A stretch of DNA of 41,379 bases from an uncultured bacterium (GTDB lineage: Bacteria > Actinomycetota > Coriobacteriia > Coriobacteriales > Coriobacteriaceae): positions 1 through 41,379 of the forward strand of contig CAJMOM010000001.1 of the NCBI GenBank assembly GCA_905215005.1, given 5' to 3'. The position numbers and the translations under genes were made by a program. Under the pieces are notes generated by a model. That model did no database searches. It was given only the letters and a program-made list of their open reading frames with translations, and was not told the origin of the DNA. This document shows positions 18,269 through 27,840 of the stretch, piece by piece; position 1 is the first letter of the stretch; each line of letters opens with the position of its first letter.

Positions 18269-19096
18269 CTACTCGCCGAGCTTGGGATGCAGCAGCGACG
18301 GCGCAGCGCCGAGCAGCATCTTGGTGTAGGGGTCCTGGGGGTGCTGGAAGACCTGCTTGGCCTCGCCCTGCTCGACGATCCTGCCGCCATTCATAACGAT
18401 GATGTCGTCAGAGATATAGCGGACCGTCTGGATGTCATGGCTGATGAACACCATGGCCAGGCCGAGCTCCTTCTTAAGGTCGGTCAACAGGTTCAGAATC
18501 TGTGCGCGGACCGAAACGTCCAGAGCCGAGGTGGGCTCGTCGGCGATGATGGCATCGGGGTTCAGCGACAGGGCACGGGCAATTGCGACGCGCTGACGCT
18601 GGCCGCCCGAAAGCTGACCGGGAAGAACCTCGGCGGCGGAGCTGGGCAGACCGGTGAGCTCCAGGAGCTCCTTGACGCGCTTCTCCTGCTCGGCCTCGGT
18701 ACCCAGGTTGTGGACGCGCATGGGGTCGAGCAGCTGCTCGCGAACGACCATGCGGGGGTTGAGCGCCGTGGCCGGGTTCTGGAACACGACCGAGATGACG
18801 CGACCCATGTGGCGACGGTCCTCGGCGGTACGTTTGGTAACGTCCTTGCCCTTAAAGTAGACTTTGCCGCTCGTAGGGGCCTGCAGGCCGCACATGACGT
18901 TGGCGGTGGTGGACTTACCGCAACCGGACTCGCCGACGATGCCGATCGTCTGACCGGGCATGAGCTTAATCGTTACACCCTGGACGGCGTGAACCAGGTT
19001 GGGGTGCAGAATCGAGCCGGTACGGGTCCTAAAGGTGACGTGGACGTCATCAAGGAAGATGATCGGCTCGACGCCGTTGACTGCGGTCTCGCTCAT
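18269..19096 (-). CDS. ABC ATP-binding subunit of probable sialic-acid transporter
   Basis: GESGCGKS, LSGGQRQR, IIADEPTSALD; within the nan cluster. Confidence 0.9.
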   Translation of the reverse strand: MSETAVNGVEPIIFLDDVHVTFRTRTGSILHPNLVHAVQGVTIKLMPGQTIGIVGESGCGKSTTANVMCGLQAPTSGKVYFKGKDVTKRTAEDRRHMGRVISVVFQNPATALNPRMVVREQLLDPMRVHNLGTEAEQEKRVKELLELTGLPSSAAEVLPGQLSGGQRQRVAIARALSLNPDAIIADEPTSALDVSVRAQILNLLTDLKKELGLAMVFISHDIQTVRYISDDIIVMNGGRIVEQGEAKQVFQHPQDPYTKMLLGAAPSLLHPKLGE

Positions 19097-21112
19097 CTAC
19101 ATCACCTCCGCGTGAGGGGTCAAACCATTTGCCTTGAGCACCTCGTCGGGGAGCTCGGAATAGAAGTGCTCGGTGCCGGGCACGCGCTTGAAGACCGGAC
19201 GGGTGTCCAGGCCAATACGCGGATGGCTCGAGCGGGGCGCGAAGCGATCGCCCTTGGGGAAATCGCGCGGGCTCGGAACGGCGCCGGGCACCTGGTGCAG
19301 GCGACCCGAACCGCTCTCGATGGACAGAACGGAACCCAGAAGACCGCGGGTGTACTCGTGGATCGGGTTGGTGAGCAGCTCCTTGGTGGGTGCCTGCTCG
19401 ATAACCTGGCCAGCGTACATAACCGTGATGTTATGGGCAACCTCGGCGACCAGAGCCAGGTCATGCGAAACGAAAATCATGGCAAAGCCGAGCTTGGCCT
19501 GAAGATCGTTGAGCAGCTTGATGACCTGCTTCTGGACGGTAACGTCCAGAGCGGTCGTGGGCTCGTCGCAGATGACCAGCTTGGGGTCGCGGGTAAGGGC
19601 CATAGCGATCAGGACACGCTGACGCTGGCCGCCGGAAAGCTCGTGCGGATAGCTCTCGAGCGTGCGCTTGGGATCGAGGCCGACGAGCTCCAGGAGCTCC
19701 TCGGCGCTGCGGGTTCCGCCGCGCTTGGTGAGCTGCTTCATCTGGGCAGAGATGAGCATAGAAGGGTTGAGCGAGGACAGGGCGTCCTGATAGACCATGG
19801 CGATATCGGTACCGCGCAGGCCGAACCACTCCTTCTTGCTCATCTTGAGTAGGTCACGGCCCTCCCAGAGAACCTCGCCGGAAAGATGCTCGTCATCGTC
19901 GGTCAGGCCCATGATGGCCAGCGTGGTGATGGACTTACCGCAACCGGACTCGCCCACCAGGCCCATGGTCTGACCAGGACGGACGTCAAAGTTGACATGG
20001 TCGACGACGTTGATATCACCGTGATGCTCAAACTGGATGCAGAAGTCACGGACCGAGAGAATCGGTTCGACAGACTCATCGGGCACATGGCGATCGTCAC
20101 GCTTGAGCTCGACATCGCGCAGGGCGCCAAGGCGAGCGGAGAGGGACTGGGCCTGCTCCTTGTAGGCGCGAACGGGATCGGAGACCAGCAGATCGGCCTC
20201 GCGACGCTTGGAGGAATCGGTAGGATCCAGGGCGGCGGAGGGAGCAGCGGCCATGGCGTCGGTAATGCCCTCGGAGAGGATGTTGAGCGCCAGGCAGGTG
20301 ATCATGATGGCCAGGCCAGGGAACAGCGCCTGCCACCAACGGCCGGCGAGCACGCCGCCGCGGGCGTCGGCGAGAATGTTGCCCCAGGTAGCGGTGGGCT
20401 CCTGGATACCAGCGCCGATGAAGGTCAGCGAGGCCTCGAAGATGATGGCGTCGGCGACCAGGGTAACGGTGAAGACCATGATCGGGGCGATGCAGTTACG
20501 CAGAACATGCTTGATCAAAATCCACGGAGCCTTGGCGCCGGAAACGATGACCGCGCGGACATAGTCCTCGCCGTACTCGGACACGATATTGGCGCGTACG
20601 ATACGGGCAATCTGCGGAGTGTACATAAAGCCGATGGCGAAGATGATCGACGGCACGGAGTTGCCCAGGATGGAGACGAAGACGGCCGCGAGGGCGATGC
20701 CCGGGATGGACATGATGATGTCCAGGATACGCATGATCGTCTCGGAGACGGCCTTGCGCGAAACCGCTGCAAGGGCGCCCACGACCGAGCCGCAGACCAG
20801 AGCCATGGCAGTGGCGCCAAAGCCGATGATCAGCGAGTAACGACCACCGTAGAGCATACGCGACAGAATGTCGCGACCCTTATCGTCGGTACCGAAGATA
20901 AATCCGTTGCCGGGAGCCTGGCGAGCCGTAAAGATCTCGACCGGGCTATAGGGGGCAAGAAGGGGCGCCAGAATCGCAGTCAGGGCGACCAGCACCAGCA
21001 CGACGGCGGCAATCTTAGAAGACAGCGTCATCTTCTTCCAGCCACCGAGCTTGAGCCCCTTGGAGGCAGCCTTCTCGAGCTGCTCGGTTTGCTTCTCTCG
21101 AATCTTTACCAT
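19097..21112 (-). CDS. Fused ABC permease plus ATP-binding subunit of probable sialic-acid transporter
   Basis: N-terminal half DppC-like (FGTDDKGRD, ATWG); C-terminal half ATPase (GESGCGKS, LSGGQRQR, CDEPTT). Confidence 0.9.
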   Translation of the reverse strand: MVKIREKQTEQLEKAASKGLKLGGWKKMTLSSKIAAVVLVLVALTAILAPLLAPYSPVEIFTARQAPGNGFIFGTDDKGRDILSRMLYGGRYSLIIGFGATAMALVCGSVVGALAAVSRKAVSETIMRILDIIMSIPGIALAAVFVSILGNSVPSIIFAIGFMYTPQIARIVRANIVSEYGEDYVRAVIVSGAKAPWILIKHVLRNCIAPIMVFTVTLVADAIIFEASLTFIGAGIQEPTATWGNILADARGGVLAGRWWQALFPGLAIMITCLALNILSEGITDAMAAAPSAALDPTDSSKRREADLLVSDPVRAYKEQAQSLSARLGALRDVELKRDDRHVPDESVEPILSVRDFCIQFEHHGDINVVDHVNFDVRPGQTMGLVGESGCGKSITTLAIMGLTDDDEHLSGEVLWEGRDLLKMSKKEWFGLRGTDIAMVYQDALSSLNPSMLISAQMKQLTKRGGTRSAEELLELVGLDPKRTLESYPHELSGGQRQRVLIAMALTRDPKLVICDEPTTALDVTVQKQVIKLLNDLQAKLGFAMIFVSHDLALVAEVAHNITVMYAGQVIEQAPTKELLTNPIHEYTRGLLGSVLSIESGSGRLHQVPGAVPSPRDFPKGDRFAPRSSHPRIGLDTRPVFKRVPGTEHFYSELPDEVLKANGLTPHAEVM

Positions 21113-21115
21113 AAT

Positions 21116-22072
21116 CTACACCGTCCTGATGCGCGGGTTGATGAGCAGGTAGAGCATGTCAACCACGATGTTGATGATGATGAAGGCAAGAGCAACGACG
21201 ATGACGACGCCCTGAACCAGGTTCGCCTCGTTGCCCTGAACGCCCTGCAGAATCGCGGTGCCCATGCCGGGGAGGTTGAAGATAACCTCGATGACGACGG
21301 CGCCGCCCATGAGGTAACCGATCTTAAGACCGAGGGTGGTGACCGGGGTGATCAGCGCATTGCGAAGAACGTTGATGCCGACGACGACCTTCTCGGGAAC
21401 GCCGGCGCCGCGAGCCATACGGACATAATCCTTATCGAGCTCCTCGACCATGGCGGTACGCACGATACGAGTCATCTGGCCCGTCAGCGGAAATGCCAAG
21501 GCGATAGCGGGCATGATCATACGTCCCAGATAGCCAACCGGATTCGTGGTGAAGTGAGGCAGAGCACCGGACGCCGGGAGCACCTTAAGGTAGGAAGAGA
21601 ACAGCAGAATCAACAGAACGGCAAGCCAGAACGACGGGGTTGCCAAGCCGGCGATGGAAAAGACGCGGATCACTTGGTCCGGCCATTTGTCGCGATACAG
21701 TGCCGCGATGACGCCGAGCAAAAACGAAACGACCGCACCGATGGCAAGACCGATGAAGGTCAGCTGCATCGTGACGGGCAGGGCCGTGGAGATGCGCTTG
21801 GCAACGGAGTTGCGAGCAGCACCATAGGTGCCCATGTCGCCATGGATCAGATCGCCCATATAGCGCACGTAGCGCACGGGCCAGGGGTCGTCCAGACCAT
21901 ACTTCTCATGGTACTCGGCGACCGCCTCGGGCGAGGCACCGTCACCCAACGCCGTGTAGGCGGGGTCGGTCTTGGAGAACGACATAAGGAAGAACACCAG
22001 GACGGTGACGCCCAATGCCATGATCGGCAGCGCCACAAGACGCCTTCCAATCAAACGTAGCAAGTTGTTCAC
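21116..22072 (-). CDS. ABC permease (DppB-like) of probable sialic-acid transporter
   Basis: Start at GTG 22072 (RBS GGGGAG). GDMG, PSFW, DYVRMARGAG, EVIFNLPGMG, INPRIR. Confidence 0.9.
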   Translation of the reverse strand: MNNLLRLIGRRLVALPIMALGVTVLVFFLMSFSKTDPAYTALGDGASPEAVAEYHEKYGLDDPWPVRYVRYMGDLIHGDMGTYGAARNSVAKRISTALPVTMQLTFIGLAIGAVVSFLLGVIAALYRDKWPDQVIRVFSIAGLATPSFWLAVLLILLFSSYLKVLPASGALPHFTTNPVGYLGRMIMPAIALAFPLTGQMTRIVRTAMVEELDKDYVRMARGAGVPEKVVVGINVLRNALITPVTTLGLKIGYLMGGAVVIEVIFNLPGMGTAILQGVQGNEANLVQGVVIVVALAFIIINIVVDMLYLLINPRIRTV

Positions 22073-22133
22073 GTTCTCTCCCCTTTCTTTTGTCGGTAGG
22101 ACCAACTGGTATATGAGTACGGATACTCATTAC

Positions 22134-22167
22134 AAGACCCGAGCGACATCGTTGCCGCCCGGGTCTT
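22134..22167 (-). terminator. Hairpin after the substrate-binding protein gene
   Basis: Minus strand AAGACCCGGGCGGCA-ACGA-TGTCGCTCGGGTCTT; a second small IR ATGAGTA-N4-TACTCAT lies at 22113-22130. Confidence 0.65.
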
Positions 22168-22229
22168 TGTTTCAACTATGAGGATACGGTCCCAACGACC
22201 GACATCCTGCATACAGACTCAAGCGAGTC

Positions 22230-23843
22230 TTACGCCTTGACGGTCGCAACGCCCCTGAAGGACATGCTCGTCGTGCCGATGCCCTTGAAGCCATCGAGGG
22301 CCTCGCCGTTGGGCGCAGTGGACGGATCGTCCCAGGAAGCGGAGACGGTCTTGACGTGGACAACGGGGTACAGAACGGCGTTGTCGGCAATGATGTCGAA
22401 GCACTCGTTCCACTTCTTCTGCTGCTCGTCGCCCTCGGCGGCAAGAGCCTCGTCCATGAGACCGTGGAGCTTCTGCCACTCAGCGGACTCCTTCCACGGG
22501 CAACGGGTCTGCATCCAGACGTTGTCGCCGTACCACCAGTTGAGCAGCAGGTCGGGGTCGGCGCCGAAGCAGGAAGGATCGCCAGGGGCAAGGAGGATAT
22601 CGTAGGCCTCGCCGCCGTCGATGGCAGCGTAGGTGGCCGGCGAGGTATCGGTCTGGATGGTCACATCGAAACCGAGAGCGTCGAGGTCGTTCTTGACCTG
22701 GGCGGCCATGCCCTTAATCTGCTCGTTGTCGGTGGTGCGCAGGGTGATAGCGCCCGGGGTGATGCCAGACTCCTCGATGAGCTTCTTAGCCTTCTTGGCG
22801 TCGGTCTTGTACACCGTGGAAGCCTCATGATAGTTGGTGAAGCTCTTGGGCAGGTAGCAGCTGGCAGCGGTGGCAAGGCCGGCGAAGGTGTTACTGACCA
22901 TCTTCTCGGTGTCGAGCGCATACATGACAGCCTGACGGACCTTGACGTTGTTCCAAGGCTCCTTGGCGACGTTGAACATGATGAAGCGGGTGCCGAAACC
23001 CTGAACGTTATCGATCTTGCAGCCGGCGCTCTCGAGCTGGTCGACGGCGTCAGCGGTAACGAGCTCCATAACGAGCGTGGAGCCCTCCTGCTGAGCGGTA
23101 ACGCGAGCGGTGGGGTCGGTCAAGATGCTGTACTGGATCTTCTTATCCTCGGCAGCATACTCACCGTTGTACTCGGGGTTGGGAACCAGGGTGATCTCGG
23201 TATCGGAAATAGAGTCGTACATCCAGGGGCCGGAACCGATCGGCTGCTTGGCGCGATCCTCCTCGGTCTGGGTGGCCGGGGTAACGCGGACGATGGCAAG
23301 ACGATCCTTGAGCAGGGAGAAGTTGGGGACCTTGGTCTTGACCGTCACGGTGCTGGCGTCCTTGGCCTCGATGGACTCGAAAGGCTGGAAGAACGGAGCA
23401 TAGGTAGCGGAAGCTGCGCAAGCGGTGTAGGAGGCAACGACATCGTCAGCGGTGACCTCGGTGCCATCGGAGAACTTGGCGCCCTTGCGGATGGTGACCT
23501 CGAAAGTGGTGTCGTCCACAGACTTGGGATCGTCGGTGGCGAGCTCGTTGAAGGTGCTGTAGTCGTGGTAATCGATGCCGTAGAGGCCCTCGACGACGTG
23601 CCAGTTAGCACCCAGGCCCACAGCGGAGCCGGTGCTGGCGGGATCGAAGCTGGACGGAGCGTAAGCGGAACCAGCGGTGATCACGCCGCCGCCACGGTTG
23701 GCGGAATCGGTGGAACCGGAAGCGGAACCCTCGTCGCTAGAGCTGCCACCGCAGCCGGTGAGACCAAGCCCTGCGACAGCAGCGACGCTGCCGGTGAGGC
23801 CGAGGAACGAACGCCTGGACATACCCTTGTTGATGATGGCCAT
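22230..23843 (-). CDS. Family 5 substrate-binding lipoprotein, probable sialic-acid binding, Tat-type signal
   Basis: Start at ATG 23843 (RBS AGGAG). SRRSFL, lipobox LTGC, AKFSDG, PIGSGPW; first gene of the nan cluster. Confidence 0.88.
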   Translation of the reverse strand: MAIINKGMSRRSFLGLTGSVAAVAGLGLTGCGGSSSDEGSASGSTDSANRGGGVITAGSAYAPSSFDPASTGSAVGLGANWHVVEGLYGIDYHDYSTFNELATDDPKSVDDTTFEVTIRKGAKFSDGTEVTADDVVASYTACAASATYAPFFQPFESIEAKDASTVTVKTKVPNFSLLKDRLAIVRVTPATQTEEDRAKQPIGSGPWMYDSISDTEITLVPNPEYNGEYAAEDKKIQYSILTDPTARVTAQQEGSTLVMELVTADAVDQLESAGCKIDNVQGFGTRFIMFNVAKEPWNNVKVRQAVMYALDTEKMVSNTFAGLATAASCYLPKSFTNYHEASTVYKTDAKKAKKLIEESGITPGAITLRTTDNEQIKGMAAQVKNDLDALGFDVTIQTDTSPATYAAIDGGEAYDILLAPGDPSCFGADPDLLLNWWYGDNVWMQTRCPWKESAEWQKLHGLMDEALAAEGDEQQKKWNECFDIIADNAVLYPVVHVKTVSASWDDPSTAPNGEALDGFKGIGTTSMSFRGVATVKA

Positions 23844-24075
23844 GTCTTCTCCTATCAATAGAGAATCTTACTCGGGAGCACCTAGACTTGCCCCCGCGCA
23901 ACTTGCGGACGATATATACCTTACCTACCGACGAACCCAACTGAGGTGCCGCGCTCGGCGACCGATACATACATACGCTTGAACGGTATTTACTACCGTT
24001 CACCGAATTCGTTGACAAACGATTCGCCAGACAGTATGTATCGGCGAGGTGAGATATCAGTCTTCGTCAACCCGC

Positions 24076-24116
24076 AGGATAGCAGGGTTTTCGCTTGGGT
24101 TAGTCAAACGTTTTAG
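24076..24116 (-). promoter_or_regulatory. Candidate nan operon promoter (extended -10) with an upstream LacI-like site
   Basis: Minus strand TGcTATCCT at 24084-24076; CTAAAACGTTTGAC at 24116-24103. Confidence 0.4.
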
Positions 24117-24207
24117 CGTTAATAAAACCCGAAACCAGCAGGCAATCATGGCGAAATAAATGGTTGAAAATCGCGCAATCATGTATATCAGTTGTTTAGG
24201 CTCGTGT

Positions 24208-26154
24208 TTAGCTATCAGAATGGCCAGCCGCCGCCTCGGCGCGCTCGGCATTCCATGCAACGAGCGCCTCGTGGACCGCCTTGGCAACATCGGCAGGTAT
24301 GCCGCGAACTTCCGCGATCTCTTGCTCGCTCGCCGCGCGCAAACGCTTCATCGAGCCAAAATGGCGCATAAGGGCACGTTTTCTGGTGGGTCCCACGCCT
24401 GGAACGTCATCGAGTACCGAAACCGTCATGGCTTTATCGCGCAACTCACGATGGAATGTAATTGCAAAACGGTGCGACTCATCGCGTACCTGTTTAATTA
24501 GATAGAGCGACGCAGACCCGGTCGGCAGCACGACAGGAGTCTCGTCCCAAGGCACAAAAACTTCCTCGTCGGCCTTCGCCAAGCCACAAACTGGTATATC
24601 GAGCCCAAGAGCCTCAAGTTGCTTGATCGCAGCGGTCAATTGCGGCTTACCGCCATCGACAACGAGCAAATCGGGGCGAGATCCAAAGCGCTCGTCGGCC
24701 ATACGCTCGGGAGCATAGCGTCGTCCCAAAACCTCGGACATCGACACGAAGTCGTTTGCCTCGTCCAATTCGGCCTGAATTTTAAAACGACGGTACTGGC
24801 TCTTGTCGGCGCGCCCGTTTGTAAACACCACCATCGAGGCGACGGTAAAGGTTCCGTGCAGCGTCGAGATATCGAAGCACTCGATACGCATCGGCGGCGC
24901 CGGCAGCGCCAGCGCGCTTTCGAGCTCTAGGAGCGCCTGATTGGTGCGGTCGTCAGCGTACCCCGTTCGCATCATGTAGCGCATGAGGGCATGGCGCGCG
25001 TTTTTGGATGCTATATCGAGCAGACGGTGCTTTTCGCCACGCTGCGGCCTATGGAGATGGCAGGAACGCTCACGCTTGCCCGCAAGCCACTCCCCCAGCG
25101 CCTCCGCATCCTCAAGCTCGACAGAGAGGTTTATCTCAGCTGGAATATCAGCCGTCTCGTCGTAATAGCGCTTAAGAAAGCCCGACTGGAGCTCTTCCTC
25201 GTCAACATCAAGACCCTTGTCGAGAATGAACTCGCAGGTGCGAACTGTTCGGCCCTCGCGAACGACGAAGACGCAAGCGGCGGAGATGGTCTCCTCGCGA
25301 TAGAAACCGATGACATCGATATCGACACTGGAGGGAAAAACGACTTGCTGACGGTCGTCCAGACCCCTGATGACCTCCAAACGACGTTTGACGCGGGCAG
25401 CGCGCTCAAAGTCGAGCGCCTCGGCGGCATCCGTCATCTCGGAGGTCAGCTCATCGACGACATCCTTGCGATGGCCCGACAAAAAGCGCTCGACACGCTT
25501 GACGTTCTTGGCATAGTCTGCCGGGGAAATCGCGCCGACACACGCACCCGGGCCGCGCCCGACATGGTAGTCAAAGCAGGGACGCCCGTTTTGCGCGCAA
25601 ATCATATTGACGATGTCTTCCTCGCCCTTGTGGGACTCGACGATACGACGACAACGACGCCACTCCGCACAAGAAGCCGAGCAGATCGGAATCACCTTGC
25701 GCAGCGTATCAATGGTCTCACGCGCCGCGCGGCTGTCTGTATAGGGACCAAAATAACGCGTTCCCGGCTTATGGCGCTCACGCGTATATTTGATAGCTGG
25801 GAACAGATCGCTCTTGGTGATAGCGATAAAGGGATAGCTCTTGTCGTCCTTAAGGTCCACATTAAAGTACGGATGGTACTGACCAATCAAATTGCGTTCG
25901 AGCACCAACGCCTCATGCTCGGTCTCCACCACGATATAGTCAAAGCTCGCCACCAGCTGCATCATCAGCGGGATCTTTTGACGCTCATCCTGCAGTGTCA
26001 CGTATTGACGCATGCGGGCGCGCAGGTTTTTCGCCTTGCCCACGTAGATGACATCGCCCTTGGCATCCTTCCAAAGGTAGCATCCGGGCTGTGTGGGAAC
26101 GCGCGAAACCTGCTCGGCAAGCGTTGGAATGTTGTCGTGACCGGCCACGTGCAC
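24208..26154 (-). CDS. uvrC: Excinuclease ABC subunit C
   Basis: GIY-YIG (GCYLW, IYVGKAKNLR), DDKSYP, IECFDIS, VDGGKPQL, RDESHRFA, HhH GVGPTR. Confidence 0.97.
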   Translation of the reverse strand: MHVAGHDNIPTLAEQVSRVPTQPGCYLWKDAKGDVIYVGKAKNLRARMRQYVTLQDERQKIPLMMQLVASFDYIVVETEHEALVLERNLIGQYHPYFNVDLKDDKSYPFIAITKSDLFPAIKYTRERHKPGTRYFGPYTDSRAARETIDTLRKVIPICSASCAEWRRCRRIVESHKGEEDIVNMICAQNGRPCFDYHVGRGPGACVGAISPADYAKNVKRVERFLSGHRKDVVDELTSEMTDAAEALDFERAARVKRRLEVIRGLDDRQQVVFPSSVDIDVIGFYREETISAACVFVVREGRTVRTCEFILDKGLDVDEEELQSGFLKRYYDETADIPAEINLSVELEDAEALGEWLAGKRERSCHLHRPQRGEKHRLLDIASKNARHALMRYMMRTGYADDRTNQALLELESALALPAPPMRIECFDISTLHGTFTVASMVVFTNGRADKSQYRRFKIQAELDEANDFVSMSEVLGRRYAPERMADERFGSRPDLLVVDGGKPQLTAAIKQLEALGLDIPVCGLAKADEEVFVPWDETPVVLPTGSASLYLIKQVRDESHRFAITFHRELRDKAMTVSVLDDVPGVGPTRKRALMRHFGSMKRLRAASEQEIAEVRGIPADVAKAVHEALVAWNAERAEAAAGHSDS

Positions 26155-27837
26155 CTACCTGCGACGAAGCAGCGCCGAGACCTCGGGCATCTTAAGGACG
26201 ACGGCAAGGCCAAAGGTAACAGCAAGCGAGACGACACCCGCAACGCAAACGTAGCCAAGAGTAATCAGAATCGAGCCGCCAAGTGCCCCGACAAAGTGTT
26301 CAAGCGCCCACATGACGCCGGCGCCCGCGGCAGCACCTAGGCCACCGAGCAAAAGGCCAAAGAAACCGCCATGTAGGATAGATTTGACCTGAAGGCCACG
26401 CAGGCGACGACGCAGCCACCACAGCGAACAGCCGACCAAGATCACGTAGTCGACGACATACGAAAGCGCGATTGCCGGCATACCGAAGCCCAGCACAACG
26501 CCAAACAGCAGAACCGAGCCGGCCTGGCCGATGGCGGAATACAGGCAATAGCGGCTATAGGGCTTCATGTCGAGCAAGGCAGAGAAGCTCTTCTGCATCA
26601 ACACGACCACGCCGTAGAGCGGCAGCGAGAGCGCCAGGTAGACAAGGTACTCGGACACCAGCGTCACGCCGGATTCATCGAACTTGCCAGCACAGTAGAT
26701 CATGTTGAGCGGACGCGCGAAGACAATCAGGTACAGCGCGAACGGAATCAGGAAGAACAGCATCTGGGCGACGCCACGCGAAATGCCCGTGCGAACGCTG
26801 TCGTAATCCTTCTCCTGTGCGTCGTGAGAGAGCTCGGTATAAAGCGCCGTCGAAAGCGAGGCGGCAATCAGCGCGTAGGGTAGCGTGTACCACAGGCGCG
26901 CATAGGCGATGACGGAAGGGCCAGTCTCGGGCTGGACCACCAGCGCGGCAGCGTTGGTGATAGAAGTCGAGACAAACATGCACACCGTGGCGAGCAGCGT
27001 CGGGATACCGAGCGCAATCGTCTGGCGCAGCGCGGGGTCCTTAAAGTCGATATGGATATGGGGATGCACGCCGTGCTTGCCGAGCGCGGGGATCTGACAT
27101 GCCATCTGAACAAAGACACCGAGGGTCGTACCGGCCGCAATCAAGATGATGCCGGCGCGTTCGCCAAACTGTGCGGACACGGGCGCAAAACCCATAAAGC
27201 TCGCAATGACGATCACATTGTTGAGGACCGGGGCAAACGTCGACCAGAAGTAGTCGCGGTGTGCGTTGAGAACGCCCGAGAACACCGAGCCCAAACCATA
27301 AAACAGAATCTGGATGGCAAAGAAACGGAACATGAACGCAGCGGTATCCATGCTGCCGCCGTCACCCGAAAGGAACGATTGCGTCCAGATAAAGCCCGGG
27401 GCGAACACGGTCCCCAGCAACGAAATGCCACCCAGCACCAAAAGCAGAATGCCGAGCAGGTTGCCCACGTACTCGTTCGAGGCCTCGCGACCCTGCTCAC
27501 GCCTCACGCCCATGTACACGGGCAAAAACGCCGTCACGAGCATGCCGCCCATCACGAGTTCGTAGAGCATATTGGGCAGGTTGTTGGCGACCTGATAGGA
27601 GGACGAGAGTAGCGACATGCCAATAGCGGCCGCCATTGCCCACGTTCGGATAAAACCGGTAACGCGAGACACGATGGTCAGGATGGTCATAAGCCCGGCG
27701 GAACGACCAACCGTGGAGTAGTCCGACGAGCCCATGTCGTCAGCGTCATCTCGCGACGAAGAAGCTTCGGATGAGGGCGTCTGAGGCGCAGATTCTTTTG
27801 CAAAATGAGCTCCGCACTTCAATTCTTCCTGCGGCAT
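26155..27837 (-). CDS. murJ: Lipid II flippase MurJ (MviN)
   Basis: SRVTGFIR, ANNLPNMLYEL, AFLPVY, APVLNN, many TM segments. Confidence 0.92.
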   Translation of the reverse strand: MPQEELKCGAHFAKESAPQTPSSEASSSRDDADDMGSSDYSTVGRSAGLMTILTIVSRVTGFIRTWAMAAAIGMSLLSSSYQVANNLPNMLYELVMGGMLVTAFLPVYMGVRREQGREASNEYVGNLLGILLLVLGGISLLGTVFAPGFIWTQSFLSGDGGSMDTAAFMFRFFAIQILFYGLGSVFSGVLNAHRDYFWSTFAPVLNNVIVIASFMGFAPVSAQFGERAGIILIAAGTTLGVFVQMACQIPALGKHGVHPHIHIDFKDPALRQTIALGIPTLLATVCMFVSTSITNAAALVVQPETGPSVIAYARLWYTLPYALIAASLSTALYTELSHDAQEKDYDSVRTGISRGVAQMLFFLIPFALYLIVFARPLNMIYCAGKFDESGVTLVSEYLVYLALSLPLYGVVVLMQKSFSALLDMKPYSRYCLYSAIGQAGSVLLFGVVLGFGMPAIALSYVVDYVILVGCSLWWLRRRLRGLQVKSILHGGFFGLLLGGLGAAAGAGVMWALEHFVGALGGSILITLGYVCVAGVVSLAVTFGLAVVLKMPEVSALLRRR

Positions 27838-27840
27838 CGC

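Noticed and set aside
19097..21112. Permease-ATPase fusion as a novelty or assembly artefact
   Set aside because: The same fusion is known in actinobacterial sialic-acid ABC transporters, and the frame is clean.
24057..24290. 77-aa minus-strand ORF as a small nan regulator or leader peptide
   Set aside because: It starts inside uvrC, has no RBS or HTH, and no recognisable motif.
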